Source of the DNA: Chlorokybus atmophyticus
Lineage: Eukaryota > Plantae > Mesostigma and Chlorokybus algae
DNA length: 64,000 nt
Reading direction: 5' to 3'
Assembly: GCA_009103225.1 (NCBI GenBank)
Contig: RHPI01002714.1
Location: 4,793-68,792 of the forward strand
Position 1 is the stretch's first letter, and every line of letters starts with the position of its first letter. The translations under genes and the position numbers were made by a program. Positions 1-13,350 of the stretch are shown in pieces. Below the pieces are notes generated by a model that was given only the letters and a program-made list of their open reading frames with translations, was not told the origin of the DNA and made no database searches.

Positions 1-61
<61 letters not shown>

Positions 62-3000
62 ACCCACCTAGAGTGGCTGCCTGTGAAGCCGGGTGGCTCC
101 CGGGTGTGAGGGATACAGTGGCGCTCACGTTGGCGACAGCCGCAACAACAAGGAGAAGGAGGAGAGAGCGCATGGCAGCCATTGTTGGTTGGAGACAAAG
201 GGTGTGAGAGTGTGGGAGAGAATGTGGGAGAAGAAGAAGAGAAGAGACTACGAGGTTCTATTTGGAGCGGTGAGATGGGAGCTTATATAGTGTGGGCAGC
301 GCTAGTTTGGGCCGCTAAATATGGTAACGACAAAATCACCACTACGCCTGCACACACGTAGTTTGGAAGCACGTGTTGCCCCTTGTGCAACAACACAACC
401 TTTGTGTGGGGGTAACGGTAAAGACACGCACATGCACCGTGCCTGTTTTCGGCAATAACTCATATGTCGATAACCGGAAGTGCTTTGGCATGCATAACAC
501 ATGTGGGGCCCCCACCCACTTGCCTTATATGTACATGTCCAGCGTAAGGGTATATGATGCTCATTCCAATAAACCTTTGTGTGCAGCCTACTACTGCACA
601 CACTGGATTCCTTTGACTGTAGGCTACGCTACACAATGTCCGTGTGGGTGGGAAACTGTCAACTCATAACCACACACAAACATGGTAAACATTTTGTCCT
701 TTTCCCAACAAGCGTCAGATGATGCTGACTTGGTGACACAGACTAGGCAGCATTTGCAGTGAGTGTGTGCATCTGTCGCCACACACCTAGGCTATAGAGA
801 CATGTTGCATCGTTCGGAGACAGGCGAGTTCGTTCAACGGTGCATGCACCAGGCATGTCCTTCAATAGCCAATTCCAGTCCTGTGCTTTACCAAAGTCAG
901 TACGTGCAGCACAACGCATACGCATGCCTGTCACGTCACCCGCGGCTCCTCTGTCTTACCATATGCAGCATGTCCTTATTGAGTAAGATTCCTTGAAGCG
1001 GAGGAGGGTGAAAGTTGTACCGTGAAACCCAGGCTATAAGGCGGCTGTGGTACTGTCTATCATGTGCCATCTCATGCGCTTTGGCGGGGTTCCTCATTGG
1101 CGTACGAGAACAGTATGCTCTCCAACGTTAAAAGCAGGAATTATAGTAGTGCGATGTTTTACACATTGACATGCATCCAATTGACAATCTGAGGTGTTAA
1201 TGTTAATATTGTGTTGACTTGCATGCAACGTCAGATGCACGCTGAACGCACCTGCATAAACCAACATGCGGAGTAAATACATGCTTATATAAAATTACAT
1301 AACATGCATATCAGCATTATCGTGTCCCCGTTGTCTTAAGGTTGATATAAAACGCCACACCTTGATTAACATGATTGGTTTGTGGGCTGCATGAAAGGGC
1401 GTTCATTAGATTGCAAGCGCCATATGCATGCATCCATCTACACCCCCTCCCTCCCAAAATTACGCCTACACGCACATACACGATATACTATATGACACCA
1501 AAGGGACTTGTAAGTTGCATGCACCTATCATCAAGTTTTTACAACCCGTCATCAACCATTAAATAACCCTTAATTGCATGTAATGCTTTTTTAAGTTCAA
1601 TAGTTAACACAGTGCATATCGCACGCAACCAGCACCGGGTGCTGCGTGTCATGCCATGAGCACTTGACATGAGCAGTATTACAACGAACCATTTGCTGAG
1701 GAGCGCATGCATACATATACATACACACTTGTAACAGCCAAAACCATTCTGTACAAGTGAAGGATGTTCTACGCATGCAATGCAACCACTGCACTGCTTG
1801 CAGCCAGTAGGACTAAACAACTACACCATTGTATACAGCAAAGAAGGTCGTGCTATCTGCTGGTCTCAACTCTACTAGCGACTCCCGGTAGATCCCCTTA
1901 TCGATCCAGAGATCAAGGTGGGCAGGCGACCCAATGCATTTCGTCATATTCACGTACACCCGCTCTGCGAGGGCAGCTGGAGTGTATACCCCAACTGGAG
2001 TGTATACCCCAGCCCCATGTTACTCAGTGTGACCTTCGAGGAGAAGGCGTGCGCAAACGTCACCATCGCTGTTCAGCAACCCTAACCCACCCACCCAGAC
2101 CATAGGCTCGCAGGAGGAGTAGCGCCCCCAACTAGAGCTATGGTCACGAACATGGTTTTGTCGCCGTTCATGCCCATGCTTGCGGAGGGGAGTCCAGTAC
2201 ATTGGAAGGGGAGGGTCATCCTCGCTTGCCTCTGGTAGCCCCACGCTCATAGGGACGTCATAGCACTGAGGGTTTACCGCCGCCATGCTGGCAATAAGAT
2301 CAGCACTCACAGCAATAGCCTCCGTGGCCCTGCTTGGTCGCACATAACGCTTAGGCATTAGCATTGCCTTAGCATCCATCGCCGCCGCCATCATGCATCA
2401 TCACATGCATGCAATAAAGGCAGCCTTGTCTCAAGATTGCCACCACGGCTATGAGGATGTCGCGTTTGAACCGAATTCCTATTTAGTTTCCTATTCCCGT
2501 GCGAATCCACCAGACCGGATGTAAGGAGACAGATGGTCACGGCAGTTACAATTGTTGTGACTGAATAGTTGTAGTAGTACTTGACTAACATTCTCATGTA
2601 GTCAGTTAGTAATGCAAGCTCTTTCTTTCTCGCTCACTGGCGATACATTGTTGACTTTTAGCTTCTCCCGTACCTTGTGGTTAGCTGCTTGAAGTTGACA
2701 TAACTTGCTTGACTCTGTTGCAACAGCAAGTTGTTCCAAAATGAAAGAGTGTGAGCGTTGAGAAAGTGTGTTGATGTAGTGAGCATAATGCATGCCTTCG
2801 CGAAGCCTGCCGTCATCTCACATACATTGCGGCCACCCCAATGCTACTACGCCAGCGAGAGCCGACCGTGTTCTCTCCACACTTGTAACATGTACGGTTT
2901 GTGCACTGCATGCTCTCAATACTACAGTTAAGTTGCATGCAGAAAGCATTAAGAGTGACTTAGCACCAACTCCGAGTGATTCGTTCTGTACACCTTCACA

Positions 3001-3365
3001 GGATCACCGTATTGTGATTGCATGATATGCATTAAGTGTTTCTAGTTTGTAAGCTTTACAACTACCAGTGGAACAACCGTTGCGCCTAACTTCATCATTG
3101 CTGTTTCGCACACTTTCTCACCATCTTAGAAAGAAGGGGAGCGAGCTGTGCTAGGCAAGATTCACTTACATTACCAACTGCACAGTGTGACATTTGCTGG
3201 TTGTTGTAATCTTTTGTGTCTGTCCTCTCAGAGGACTGATGCAGCTCAAATAGGTGACCTGTTGGAGCAGGTATAAATTATATTGCGGTCTGAAGGCAAG
3301 ATTAGCAACGATAACTAGTGGCCGGAGCTTCCATCCATAAGGTGGAAGAAGCGCAAGAGCGGTGC
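1..3365 (+). repeat. Segmental direct repeat, copy 1 (copy 2 at 60650-64000)
   Basis: Sequence and small ORFs are collinear and near-identical at an offset of about 60.6 kb (ORF 93..290 = ORF 60709..60906; 743..934 vs 61363..61554). Confidence 0.95.
2..58. repeat. (CA)n microsatellite
   Basis: Pure CA run at the window start; a shorter CA run occupies the homologous position at about 60650-60673. Confidence 0.95.
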
Positions 3366-3552
3366 GTGGCAGCAGAAAGAAGCTAAAGAACCTACCCACA
3401 CTCAAGCTGCATCATCCGGATGTGAACCTGAGGACGACAGCACGCTCACCATGGCTGCCACGTCGTCAACCCTGAAAACACTCAATGGCCAGTGCAAAGG
3501 TCAGAAGTTTGATTATTGGAGGGACTCTTTTGTTGAAAAAGCTAGCAACACA

Positions 3553-3963
3553 TGTAGCAAAGGCTGATGCTGAACATGAACACACACAAGAGCAACACTT
3601 TCACTTGACTACAACTCAGTCATGGGTTTTATACCCGCTGGAAGTACACCTGTCTACTCTATAAGCAACTGTGTACGGTATACGTCATATTTCATCATGA
3701 ACTTAACTGCATGACGTAGCTAACATCAAGACCTTGTAAACAAGCTAAGCCACGCGCCAAACGGTGACCTAGCTACCAAGTTATGAGTCTTCTTTTGCGC
3801 GCCTGAAAGTCGCGCCCGGAACCTTCTCTTCAACTGAAGTCTCCGCGTAGAACCTTCTCGAATGGTGTCCGCGCCCGGAATCTTCTGGCGGTCAAACCTT
3901 CGGAATTAAGGCATGTGCCTATATGAAGGGCAAGGCTGACCGCATATAGAAATATCCTCAACA
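3553..3963 (-). repeat. Copia 3' LTR (411 bp, TG...CA)
   Basis: TGTAG...CTCAACA; same length as, and similar to, the LTR at 40563-40973 (shared GGGTTTTATACCCGC and AATATCCTCAACA). The left boundary is inferred from that alignment. Confidence 0.7.
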
Positions 3964-4007
3964 CTCCCACGCAGGCAGCTTATCCTTAAGTCTCTGCTCC
4001 TGCATGA

Positions 4008-5496
4008 TCACATGCAAATATCAAGTCCCGAACAACACGCATGTAACTTGAGCGGTGAGAACGCCTTTATGAAGTCCGCAAGCATGGCCTCGGTGTTGCA
4101 GTTGCACCGGAACTCGACCTCCTTTCTTGCGACTCTGTCACGGACAAAGTGATGCATGACATCAATGTGCTTTGTCCTTGCTGAGGCGATGGGATGCTTC
4201 AGCAACTTGATGGCGCTTGGGGGGGGNNNNNNNNNNNNNNNNNNNNNNNNNNNNNNNNNNNNNNNNNNNNNNNNNNNNNNNNNNNNNNNNNNNNNNNNNN
4301 NNNNNNNNNNNNNNNNNNNNNNNNNNNNNNNNNNNNNNNNNNNNNNNNNNNNNNNNNNNNNNNNNNNNNNNNNNNNNNNNNNNNNNNNNNNNNNNNNNNN
4401 NNNNNNNNNNNNNNNNNNNNNNNNNNNNNNNNNNNNNNNNNNNNNNNNNNNNNNNNNNNNNNNNNNNNNNNNNNNNNNNNNNNNNNNNNNNNNNNNNNNN
4501 NNNNNNNNNNNNNNNNNNNNNNNNNNNNNNNNNNNNNNNNNNNNNNNNNNNNNNNNNNNNNNNNNNNNNNNNNNNNNNNNNNNNNNNNNNNNNNNNNNNN
4601 NNNNNNNNNNNNNNNNNNNNNNNNNNGCTGGCAAGGTCGCTTGCAAAGTCTGAACTGCAGTAGCCTTCCAACTGTGAGCTCCCCCTCACAAACCTGATGT
4701 CAATAGTTGCACTCCCAGCAACCGACCAAAGTACACCCTTTGCAGCCATCAAATGCTCCATGCTCGGTGCAAACATGTAACGAGCAAAGACTCCAACAGC
4801 ATGTGCAATGTCTGGACGTGTGCACATTGCTAGATAGAGCATGCTGCATACCAATTTACCGTAGGGGTACTTGGCCTTGTCAAGAACCTCCTCATCATTT
4901 GCCTTGACGAGATGGGTGCCGAGTGCGAGTGGAGTAGACTTGGTCGTTGCATCCTTGAGCCCGAATTTGATGAAAAGTCTCTTCACCATCTGCTCCTGAC
5001 GGATCTCAATGGTGCGCGCCGCTCTGTCGCGTTCAATCACCATGCCAAGGAACCACTTGGCCCCTCCAAGATCACGCACTAAGAACGCTTGCTGCAGTGC
5101 CTTCTTTGTGTCCTCTAAGTCCTTCATGTGCTTGGCGGTTATAATGATGTCATCTACGTACACCAACAGGTACACCATCTTCTCAGGGTGGAAGAAGAGT
5201 CCACGGTCTGCTGAGGACGCCAAAAAGCTTTGTGCCTTCAACTCCTTTATAAGGCGGATGTGCCACATGCGTGGTGCTTGTCTTGTCAGCCCATGCAACG
5301 CCTTTATGAATTTGCAAACAGTGCCTAGCTCCCCTTCTTCATATCCTAGTGGTTGCTGGATGTAGATCTCTTCCTCACGCTCTCCGTATATGAAGGCAAT
5401 CTTCACGTCAAGGTGGTGAAGCGCCAAGTCTTCAGCCGCAATCAGGGCAAGCAGTGTGCGGAATGTTGCAGGCGTGAAGACCTCATTGAAGTCCAC
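4008..5496 (-). pseudogene. pol: Copia reverse transcriptase / RNase H, degenerate and spanning an N gap
   Basis: LHHLDVKIAF, LLVYVDDII, DLGGAKWFLGM, CTRPDIAHAV, YCSSDFASD, RTKHIDVMHHFVRD; frameshifts present. Confidence 0.9.
4227..4626. other. Assembly gap (N run)
   Basis: Run of N. Confidence 0.99.
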
Positions 5497-5784
5497 GCCC
5501 TCTTATCGCAAGAAGCCCTTTGCAACCAGCCTTTCCTTGTTACGCTCCATGTTGTCTTGACCGTCTTTCTTCACCTTGAAGACCGTTCCTCTTCACCTTG
5601 AGGACTCACTGGACAGGGATTGGTTTCTCGCCTGAAGGTAGCTTCTATAATACCCAGGTTTTGTGAGCATTGAGTAACACGATTCCCTCGTCTATGGCTT
5701 GCTGCCACTGCTCTGCATCAAGTGCTTACAGTGCCTCCTGGTATGTACTTGGCTCCTTTGTGCTGTCTCCCTTTTAACACACGC

Positions 5785-6847
5785 CTAAAAGTGCCTTATG
5801 GTAGAAGTCAGGACCTTATCTCTCCCTCTCAAGATAGCGACGAACAGACGCCTGCTGTTGCTCGCCTGAACACCTTTCAGGCGGCATTTGAAAGTCCTCT
5901 GTAATGATGTCTGCCTTGCATGAAGCCTCCACTCTCTCACGAACGGCTTGTGGTTGTGCCTCATCTTCATCCATTGGAAAAGAAGCCCGCTTCTGTTAGT
6001 AAAGCCTCGGAACACTACCTCTCTGCTGATCATGATCTTGTGGCTCTCTTCAAGCAAAGTCATGTACGCATTTGAGCCTGGTTCGTAGCCAACGAAGACT
6101 CCCTTCTTGCTAACTGGCTCCAACCTGTGCCGTAGCTGCTTTGGTACTAGTGCTTATGCTGTGCAACCAAACAAAAGCATACCACTTACATCTGGTGCAG
6201 CTTCATAGAAGAACTCCCACCGTGTCTTTTTATCAAAGCTCATAGGTGACCGATTGCGGATGTGATAGGCTGTGAGGAGCCTCCTTCCACATTGAGTCCT
6301 CCAACTTGCAGTTGTCTAGCATAGCCCGCACATCATGCTCCAACAGGGTCCGGTTCAGGCGTTCAGCCGCTCCGTTTTGCTGTGGAGTGTAGGGCGATGT
6401 TGTCTCATGCTTTATGCCTTTACTGGCGAAGAAGTCCCAAAGCTGGGCGTTGATGTACTCCCCTTCTCGATTACTGCGCATTGCCTTCATTTTCTTGCTT
6501 CATTGTGTCTCCAGCAATGTCACGACGTTGCGCACAGCTCCTTCAACTTCCAATTTCGGGGATAGAGGGTAGATGATGGACAGCTTACCGTAGTCGTCGA
6601 GGAAAGTTGCAAAGTACCTTACCCCTCGCTTCGCCACAAAGCGCACGGGCCCGCAAACATCCATGTGTACCAGCTCGCTTAGATGTTGACTGCTAGAAGA
6701 AGATGCCGGGAACAGCATTCTATGCTGCTTGGCCATGATATAGGGTTCACGCAGCACGCCTAAAGAAGCCTGAAAGTCTTCCTTGCTGACGTGGGTGCCG
6801 TTGACCATGTCTTCAGCTACCAGGCGTGTGAGGTTGTTGTAGCCAAA
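5785..6847 (-). pseudogene. Copia GAG-pre-integrase / integrase, frameshifted into three ORFs
   Basis: FGYNNL, LVHMDVCGP, YFATFLDDY, RSNREGEY, TSPYTPQQNGAAERLNRTL, KKGVFVGYEP. Confidence 0.9.
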
Positions 6848-7500
6848 CACCGGTAATTTTGAGCCCCCCCGATTCCTGAATTTTCAGACTGTTTGGTCTG
6901 AATAGTCAACAAAAACAGGGGTGAATAGCCTAGAATATGACGTCCCTGGCTCCTGCATGTCGAGGTGAATATTCAGACCGTTTGGTCTGAAAGGTTTTAA
7001 AGCCTGTTCAATGTAATTGTCGGTGAATATCCCTGTGGCAATTAAATTGCACACTAGTCCTATATGTGGGGCATTTATTCACTTGCAGTGGAGCTATACA
7101 TTCAACCTGTATGGTGTAGTGCTGTGACCATCACATGTATTACACCACTGAATATTCAAGCAGGAATCGTTTGAATACTTGTAGTTAGGCAAGATAGACT
7201 CTTGCAACAGCGTTGAACATTCACAGGCAGGGTTCGTTTGAATACCTGTAGTATTCCATATGGCAGCTGCAACAGACTTGAATATGCATGCAGGGATTGT
7301 TTGAACACTTACAGTCACCCAAAACTTTCACTTGCAGTAGAGTTGAATATTCACCCTGTATGGTGTGGTGCTGCAACCATCACTTGTACTACACCACTGA
7401 ATATGCACGCATGTATTGTTTGAATACTCATAATAATCTAGGCTGCACACCAAGTCCTACATGTGAGTAGTTATTTAGTGGCAATGAAGTTGAACAATGG
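6848..7500. repeat. E1 left TIR (about 56 bp) and subterminal repeats
   Basis: caccggtaattttgagcccccccgattcctga...gtctgaata aligns to the reverse complement of 39718-39775; repeated TGAATAT(T/G)CA motifs; an ~85-bp direct repeat at about 7080 and 7330. Confidence 0.85.
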
Positions 7501-7849
7501 TAAGCTGCTGTTTTACGACCGTCAATGTTACTATGAATGTTCAAGTGATATTGAGTAGAACAAGACCGATATATGCAGTGCTAATGATAATATTCACAGC
7601 AGTCCGTCCAGCCAGCCCAGCAATGTCAGCTGAATGGCAGCCGACTTACAACAACACATTCAATGCTGTCTACAATGTATGTCTGCTACCCAGAGCTGCA
7701 CTTGCAGGTGGAAATCTCCTGCGGCAATATCTACTTGCTGCTGCTTCGCCCCCGACCACCCCGACCACCCCTACCACCCCGACTCCCCTTCCCACGGCCT
7801 CTCCCCCGCGGTGTGGATGTGCCTTTCTTTGCTGGCAGCTCCCTCACCT

Positions 7850-10400
7850 TGATGGTCTTCATCAACCTAGTAGGCCAAAGTAGCAACAACCCCGCCTCGC
7901 ACTATTCACATGCATCAACCACACATGAATACGTCAGACGCAGTGTGTTGTCATAACGCACGCACAGTCAGCACGCAATCATCGTTCACCTCTCAAGTGG
8001 GTCACTTGCACTCCAACCCCATCACGCTTGAAGCTGATTGGCAAAGGCACAACCTCTTCTTCCCCTGCACCAGGACGTCTGGTCCTAGTGATGTAAAGAC
8101 TGCGGCTGAACTGGACCACCATGTTACCCTCTCCAATCTTCTTGCCATAAAACTTGTTGACGGGCTTGATGTCGCTTACGTGCGCCTCCCCTACTGGCTC
8201 CTTGCGCCCATCGATGAACAACTTGACTTCATCACCAACCTTCATCGTCGGTGTAGTGTCATCCTTGTCGCTCAAGTCTTCCTGCGCATGCAAGTGACAA
8301 ACACATCAACTGGCAAACACATACACAGATGCACTCTCCTATATAGCGCTTACAAAAAAACCTGCCTTTTGGGAGTCGTTGTCGCTGTCGTTGGGGCTGT
8401 TCGCATCGTCCTTGGCGCTATCTTCATTATTGTCCTCGCTTTTGTCTGTCTTGGATACTTCTGAACACGATGGCTCATCATGTGCAACCAGGTGGCACGC
8501 CGTGTTATCAAGCTTACAATTGATAGGCATGCATGCGAGTCTGCTGCAGTGACAGTTTTTTTGCAACCAGAAGGACCCAAGAAGCCTATAAGCGCACATA
8601 GATGGTCCTTCATACCTCCTTTTGCTTGCCCCTCTTTTTATCCAACATCTTCTCCTGCTTGCTAGTCGAGGGGCCTGCCTCCTTAGACTTGTAGGGAGCC
8701 GAAATTGAGCGAACAGTCTTTGCTTTCTTTTGGGGGCTTGACACCTCAGTCTCCTGCCAACAGCATACACATCAGATTGTGAGCCACAACGTAATGCTAT
8801 GCCATTCGTTGTGAAGCAGAGTGGTGCGTACATCACCAGACACTTTGCGCTTCCCTTGCCCTCTGCCTTCCTTTTCTTTAATGAGCTCCATAATATTCGC
8901 GGCGTCCTGTGTCTACATGTGGTGCGATTTCGGTTGCAAAAACTGATATGCTTGTTAAATACTTGCTCCAGTCGTTGTTGCATACTTTGAGAGCTGAGCT
9001 GGTATCACGCACATCAGCATCCTGTTTGGCAGGTGCCTGAACACAACAATCATGAACGGTCATGATGACATGTACAGGGGAGTACAAGCATTTAGCTGCT
9101 CGTGTAATGATGACAGACATCTAACCTGTGAACCAGTAGCGGGTGCCCTTGTGGGTTGTGGCGCAGTGCCTTCCTTGTTACCTATCGCACGCACAAGGCA
9201 CCGATCAGGACAGTGTATACACAGTACCTCCCGCAGCGGCCCGCGCGCGCAAAACATGGCTCACGCTGTGAGGTGACATTTCGGTCGTCGCTGGCGTTGC
9301 TGGCGGGAGGTGAACGCGTGGGCGCCGTGCATGCACAAGGGACTATCATACACACCTCACACCCTACATTCATAAGGCACCATCAAACACAAAGCGTTTC
9401 GTTCTCAACATAGTCATTTACCAAACCGTAGCTCACCCTGTGAGGTGGCATTCTCGGCGTCGCTGGCAGAGTGGTGCAGCGAGGAGCTGTCTCTTGCCTT
9501 TGACTTGTCTTTCACCTGCAATTATGCACATGGCAAAGGCACTTAAGACATGCAAACATTGCACAGACAACTCAGTCACTGCATGGCACACACCTTGTTG
9601 TTCTTGTCCTTGGGCGCTCCCTTGTGCTTTCGCTCAAACCCCCTTGCTTCAGCGCGCTCTATCATCTCCTTGTAACGTTCCCTACTCTTCTGTCTCTGCC
9701 TTTCTTTGTGCTTGGCGTTGGTATATGCCTTTTTGTTGGTAAGAAAGTCCTGAATTATCGTTTTTGCCTGCACCAGGCCCAGAGTGGTGACTGCCACCGA
9801 ATGCAAAATCCTTTAAGCTTGAACAATGTTGCATGACAGCTGGTGACACTCTCACAACCTTGCCAACCTTTTTAGGACGGAACTCTGGATGAAGCAGTTG
9901 CCAGCATGTAATTGCAAGAGCAAACTTAAGTGGGTCCTGCTTCGTCTGGGTCTTCCCCGGTAGCAAACGACAGTACTCATAGCAAACCCGGCCCTTGTCC
10001 GCCAGCTTTGTGATATCGCGGCGATCACTGGTATGATGCTGACCACGCCAATGAAGGACCTTTAGTGCCTGCACAGTGCAAGTATTGCATACTAGAGCGC
10101 TGTTACAACAATATCGACAGTGTGAGTTGCTTGTGCAAACCTCAGAAATCGAGACAGACTCCGTCAGCACATGCTGATATCGACAGTGGTTGCTTGCACA
10201 TCATTGTAAGCTCACTTTCAAGGGCATTATTGCTGTGGTCTCAAGGTCGCGGAGGTGAGCCGTCTCCTCAGATTTTTCCCACTCACGCTGGAGCTGCTCA
10301 TCTGATGGTGCACCAGCACTTTTGCCCCAGATCTCATCGTCCAAGTTTTCCCAGCCTCCACTCAGGTCGCTAGACCGCCCACTAGACGTCGTGCCTAACA
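7850..10400 (-). pseudogene. TnpA-like multi-exon gene with a C-terminal Tnp1/En-Spm-like domain
   Basis: VGDEVKLF..VGEAHV..P..KFYGKKIGEGNMVVQF..VPLP then AGLLLLWPTRLM resembles the CACTA TnpA C-terminal domain; upstream acidic and basic coiled-coil pieces; in-frame stops; 5' extent uncertain. Confidence 0.5.
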
Positions 10401-11267
10401 TGACCACTGCTCCACCTGTGTATTGAGTAGGTCAAACTAGTAGGTCAAACTGCTTGTCAAGCTGTGCACAACCGCAACAATGTTCAACCAGAAACCTCAG
10501 TTAACTGCCTCAGTTGACTGCAGCTGCTTGGCCATGTGCATGTGCTTCACACATCAAGCAAACCGTACTTTACCTTGCCGAAGCACGTCGTTCAGCTCCC
10601 TGCCAGCTGCTAACATGACTTAGTCCATCTGAACAGCAAGCTAGCAGGCAAATGCCAGTGCATGCACAAACCTTGCCTGCATGTCTACAAGAAAGCTGTG
10701 CTTTATGGTCATGAGGAATTGAGCATGAAACCGATAGCAGCAAAGTGAGACAGACAAGTGTGCCGCTAGCAGCCGCTCACCTACCGCCGCCGTCGCCGCC
10801 GCCAACACCACGAGCAACAAGCACTGCGTAGGGTACTGCCGTGCATATGGAATCAATTGTGCATTCTGCTCGACACGTCAGCAAATGTGCTTATCGGACA
10901 CCAGTCGCGACTCACGACTCTGTCTCCGACCTACACCAGTCACGACTCACGACTCTCGACTCTGTCTCCGACCTACCACAATAAATGCCGCCTGTCACAA
11001 GCATAAAGATGACAATGAACAATGTTGCACTCGTGTACTATAGTGTACCAAATTGCTTATGTGATAATAAAGAATAAATAACTCGAACATCTGTTTAGGC
11101 GGAGCTACAACCCGTAGTTGTCAACTACTACTGCCTGTGTGGCTCACGAATTCCAAACTGGTGTGGATGTTGGGAGCCCCACTGGTAGTAGTAGCAGCAT
11201 CTCACCCACAACCATCACAACTGCAGACGCATTTACAAGAAGAATGCAACCATGCAACCTAGACACC

Positions 11268-12622
11268 GAGGCCTTACGCACGAGGCTGCCCCAGCGTTCT
11301 TCGCCAACCAACTTGTGCAAGGGCACAGGGAAGGACACCGAGGCCTTACGCACGAGGCTGCCCCAGCACATACACCAACACATGTCGGGGAATGCAATCT
11401 GTGACGGACATCAGCAGATGTACACAGCCCAAGTTGTAATCCCACCATTGCATTCTTTGATGCAGTGCTGCAGACTGATCGCACACATGCATCTACACAT
11501 ACTTACATGCAAGGATATATATACATGGGCCAAGGTCACTGCTCGCCAATGTCACTGGCCAAGGTCACTGCTGAACTTGGTAAATGGCTCAGACAGCACC
11601 ACTACGACAGCCTGAACTTGCACAAAACTGTACACGCATTGCATGTGCACAGAGTCACTGGGCCTCGGGTAGCTGCATGGGCCAAGGTCCATCCACGATA
11701 GGTATGATCGGCCCTGCGCGCAGCACATCCCCCACAACTAATCCCGATGCAAGGCTCCAGCCAACTGGAGTCTGGTTGACGGTCTCGATGGTGAGACGCA
11801 CAGCAGTGTAGCCAATGACGCCAACATCGAAGGACGTGAGCAGTGGCATGGGAGCGGGCTCATGGTCGGGCACAGGGTCGGGCGGCGCCGCCGGGCTGGT
11901 GGCTCTCTCATGCTGCGATACATTGCACGTCACTTGACTCTTCACCACGGTTCGAATAGCCAAAGGGCCAGTGTCCTCGTAGCCATGCGTGGATACCGCC
12001 CAATCATCAAGCTTGCACTGCTTGTATCCGTCACCGATGCTAACCTTCCCCAACCAGCGCTGCACCTTCCCCGGGCGCTTGCCCACCTGGAGAAGTTTGT
12101 CAGTCAATTCTGGACTCATGTATGGCAATGGCTGAGGCGTCTTTGAATGCGTCTTGGGACGCTTTGCCAGGCTTCCGCTCGCGGATGCTTTCATGACCTG
12201 CATGTACATGCACGCAGGTATGACTGAGTTCACGGGCTTGCAATTGAAGGAAACTTACACACCACGACAAGCAACGACACAAGCCCAAGCCCCCACCCCC
12301 CAACCACCACACACACACACAGACACCAGCACACGCACATATGTGAAGGCAAGCACGTAAACCATCCAAGCAATTGCACCCAAGCGCAGGTGACCACCGC
12401 AAAACCATTGAAACTGAAAACCACACGCATAATGCAAGCATGCAACCTGGACACCGAGGCCTTACGCACGAGGCTGCCCCAGCGTTTTCCCCCAACTTGT
12501 GCAAGGGCGCAGGGAAGGTCACCGAGGCCTTACGCACAAGGCTGCCCCAGCGTTTTCCCCAAACCAACTTGTGCAAGGGCGCAGGGAAGGTCACCGAGGC
12601 CTTACGCACGAGGCTGCCCCAG
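11268..12622 (-). repeat. Five copies of GGGGCAGCCTCGTGCGTAAGGCC (minus orientation) within two paralogous blocks
   Basis: Copies at about 11270, 11341, 12456, 12525 and 12596; block 11250-11370 is paralogous to 12440-12620. Confidence 0.9.
11655..12233 (-). CDS. Hypothetical E1 cargo exon, no family recognised
   Basis: 192-aa ORF with globular-looking composition (QRWLGKVSIGDGYKQCKLDDW) and a Pro-rich linker; N-terminus looks intronic. Confidence 0.35.
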   Translation of the reverse strand: MNSVIPACMYMQVMKASASGSLAKRPKTHSKTPQPLPYMSPELTDKLLQVGKRPGKVQRWLGKVSIGDGYKQCKLDDWAVSTHGYEDTGPLAIRTVVKSQVTCNVSQHERATSPAAPPDPVPDHEPAPMPLLTSFDVGVIGYTAVRLTIETVNQTPVGWSLASGLVVGDVLRAGPIIPIVDGPWPMQLPEAQ

Positions 12623-13350
12623 CGTTGTGCCCCAACCACGAGAAGTAACAACACAAGCCCAACCCACCCACACACACACACATGCACCCACCCACACACA
12701 CCGGCACACGCACAAATGTTCAGGCAAGCAAACAAACCAAGCAAGCAAGCGCAGGTGACCATCAGCTGCTTACCGGCGAGGGCGGCGGCACAGGACTTCC
12801 TCAACAAAGACTAGCACCGGCGGCGGCAGGGGAATTCCCCACAAGAACATGGGCTCTATCATGGCTAGCCATGGCTATGGCGGCGTGGGTGACAGCGACA
12901 TGATACCCATCAGGGCTACCCATCAACTTTGGCTTGTCAGACTCACCGCCACAATCAGCAGAAGTTGCAGCCTATTTGCACCGAGTTGAGCAAACAGCCG
13001 TTTGGCCAGCTGTTACACCCCTCACATGCCTCTCAATTTGAGAGGCGGGTGTCAGGTAGTAGAATATCGCTCAACAGGACCGATCAGGTACGAATTAGGG
13101 TTTGGAGTTGCGGGCGGCGTGGTCGGCGGCAGTATCAGCGGAGTGGGCGGCAGCGTCGGGGGTGACTTTGCGACTGTCAATTCTCAGTCTTCTGCTGACG
13201 CACTAGGCTTTCAGCAATGGGCTGAGACTTGACAGGGTGCCACATTATGAAACCCTCGTCCACGCCGGTTGTGTGCATGTGGGCGTCAAGGTTGTTGCAG
13301 TTGTAGTCTTGTTTCCGAAGGCGCCGCCGCCGTCTCTCTTCCCACAGTGC

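Larger units (their letters stand above)
3553..6847 (-). mobile_element. Ty1/copia LTR retrotransposon relic 1 (3' half only: INT-RT-RH-3'LTR), truncated at the left TIR of E1
   Basis: Copia domain order; polypurine tract (minus-strand GCGTGGGAGT) abuts the LTR at 3964; 5' part absent beyond 6847. Confidence 0.9.

Noticed and set aside
2020-2394. 124-aa ORF in the duplicated segment as a gene
   Set aside because: No recognisable domain, and the second copy (62695-63024) has a different C-terminus. It may be an exon, but I cannot support a call.
4156-4697. ORFs full of X
   Set aside because: Artefacts of reading through the N gap.
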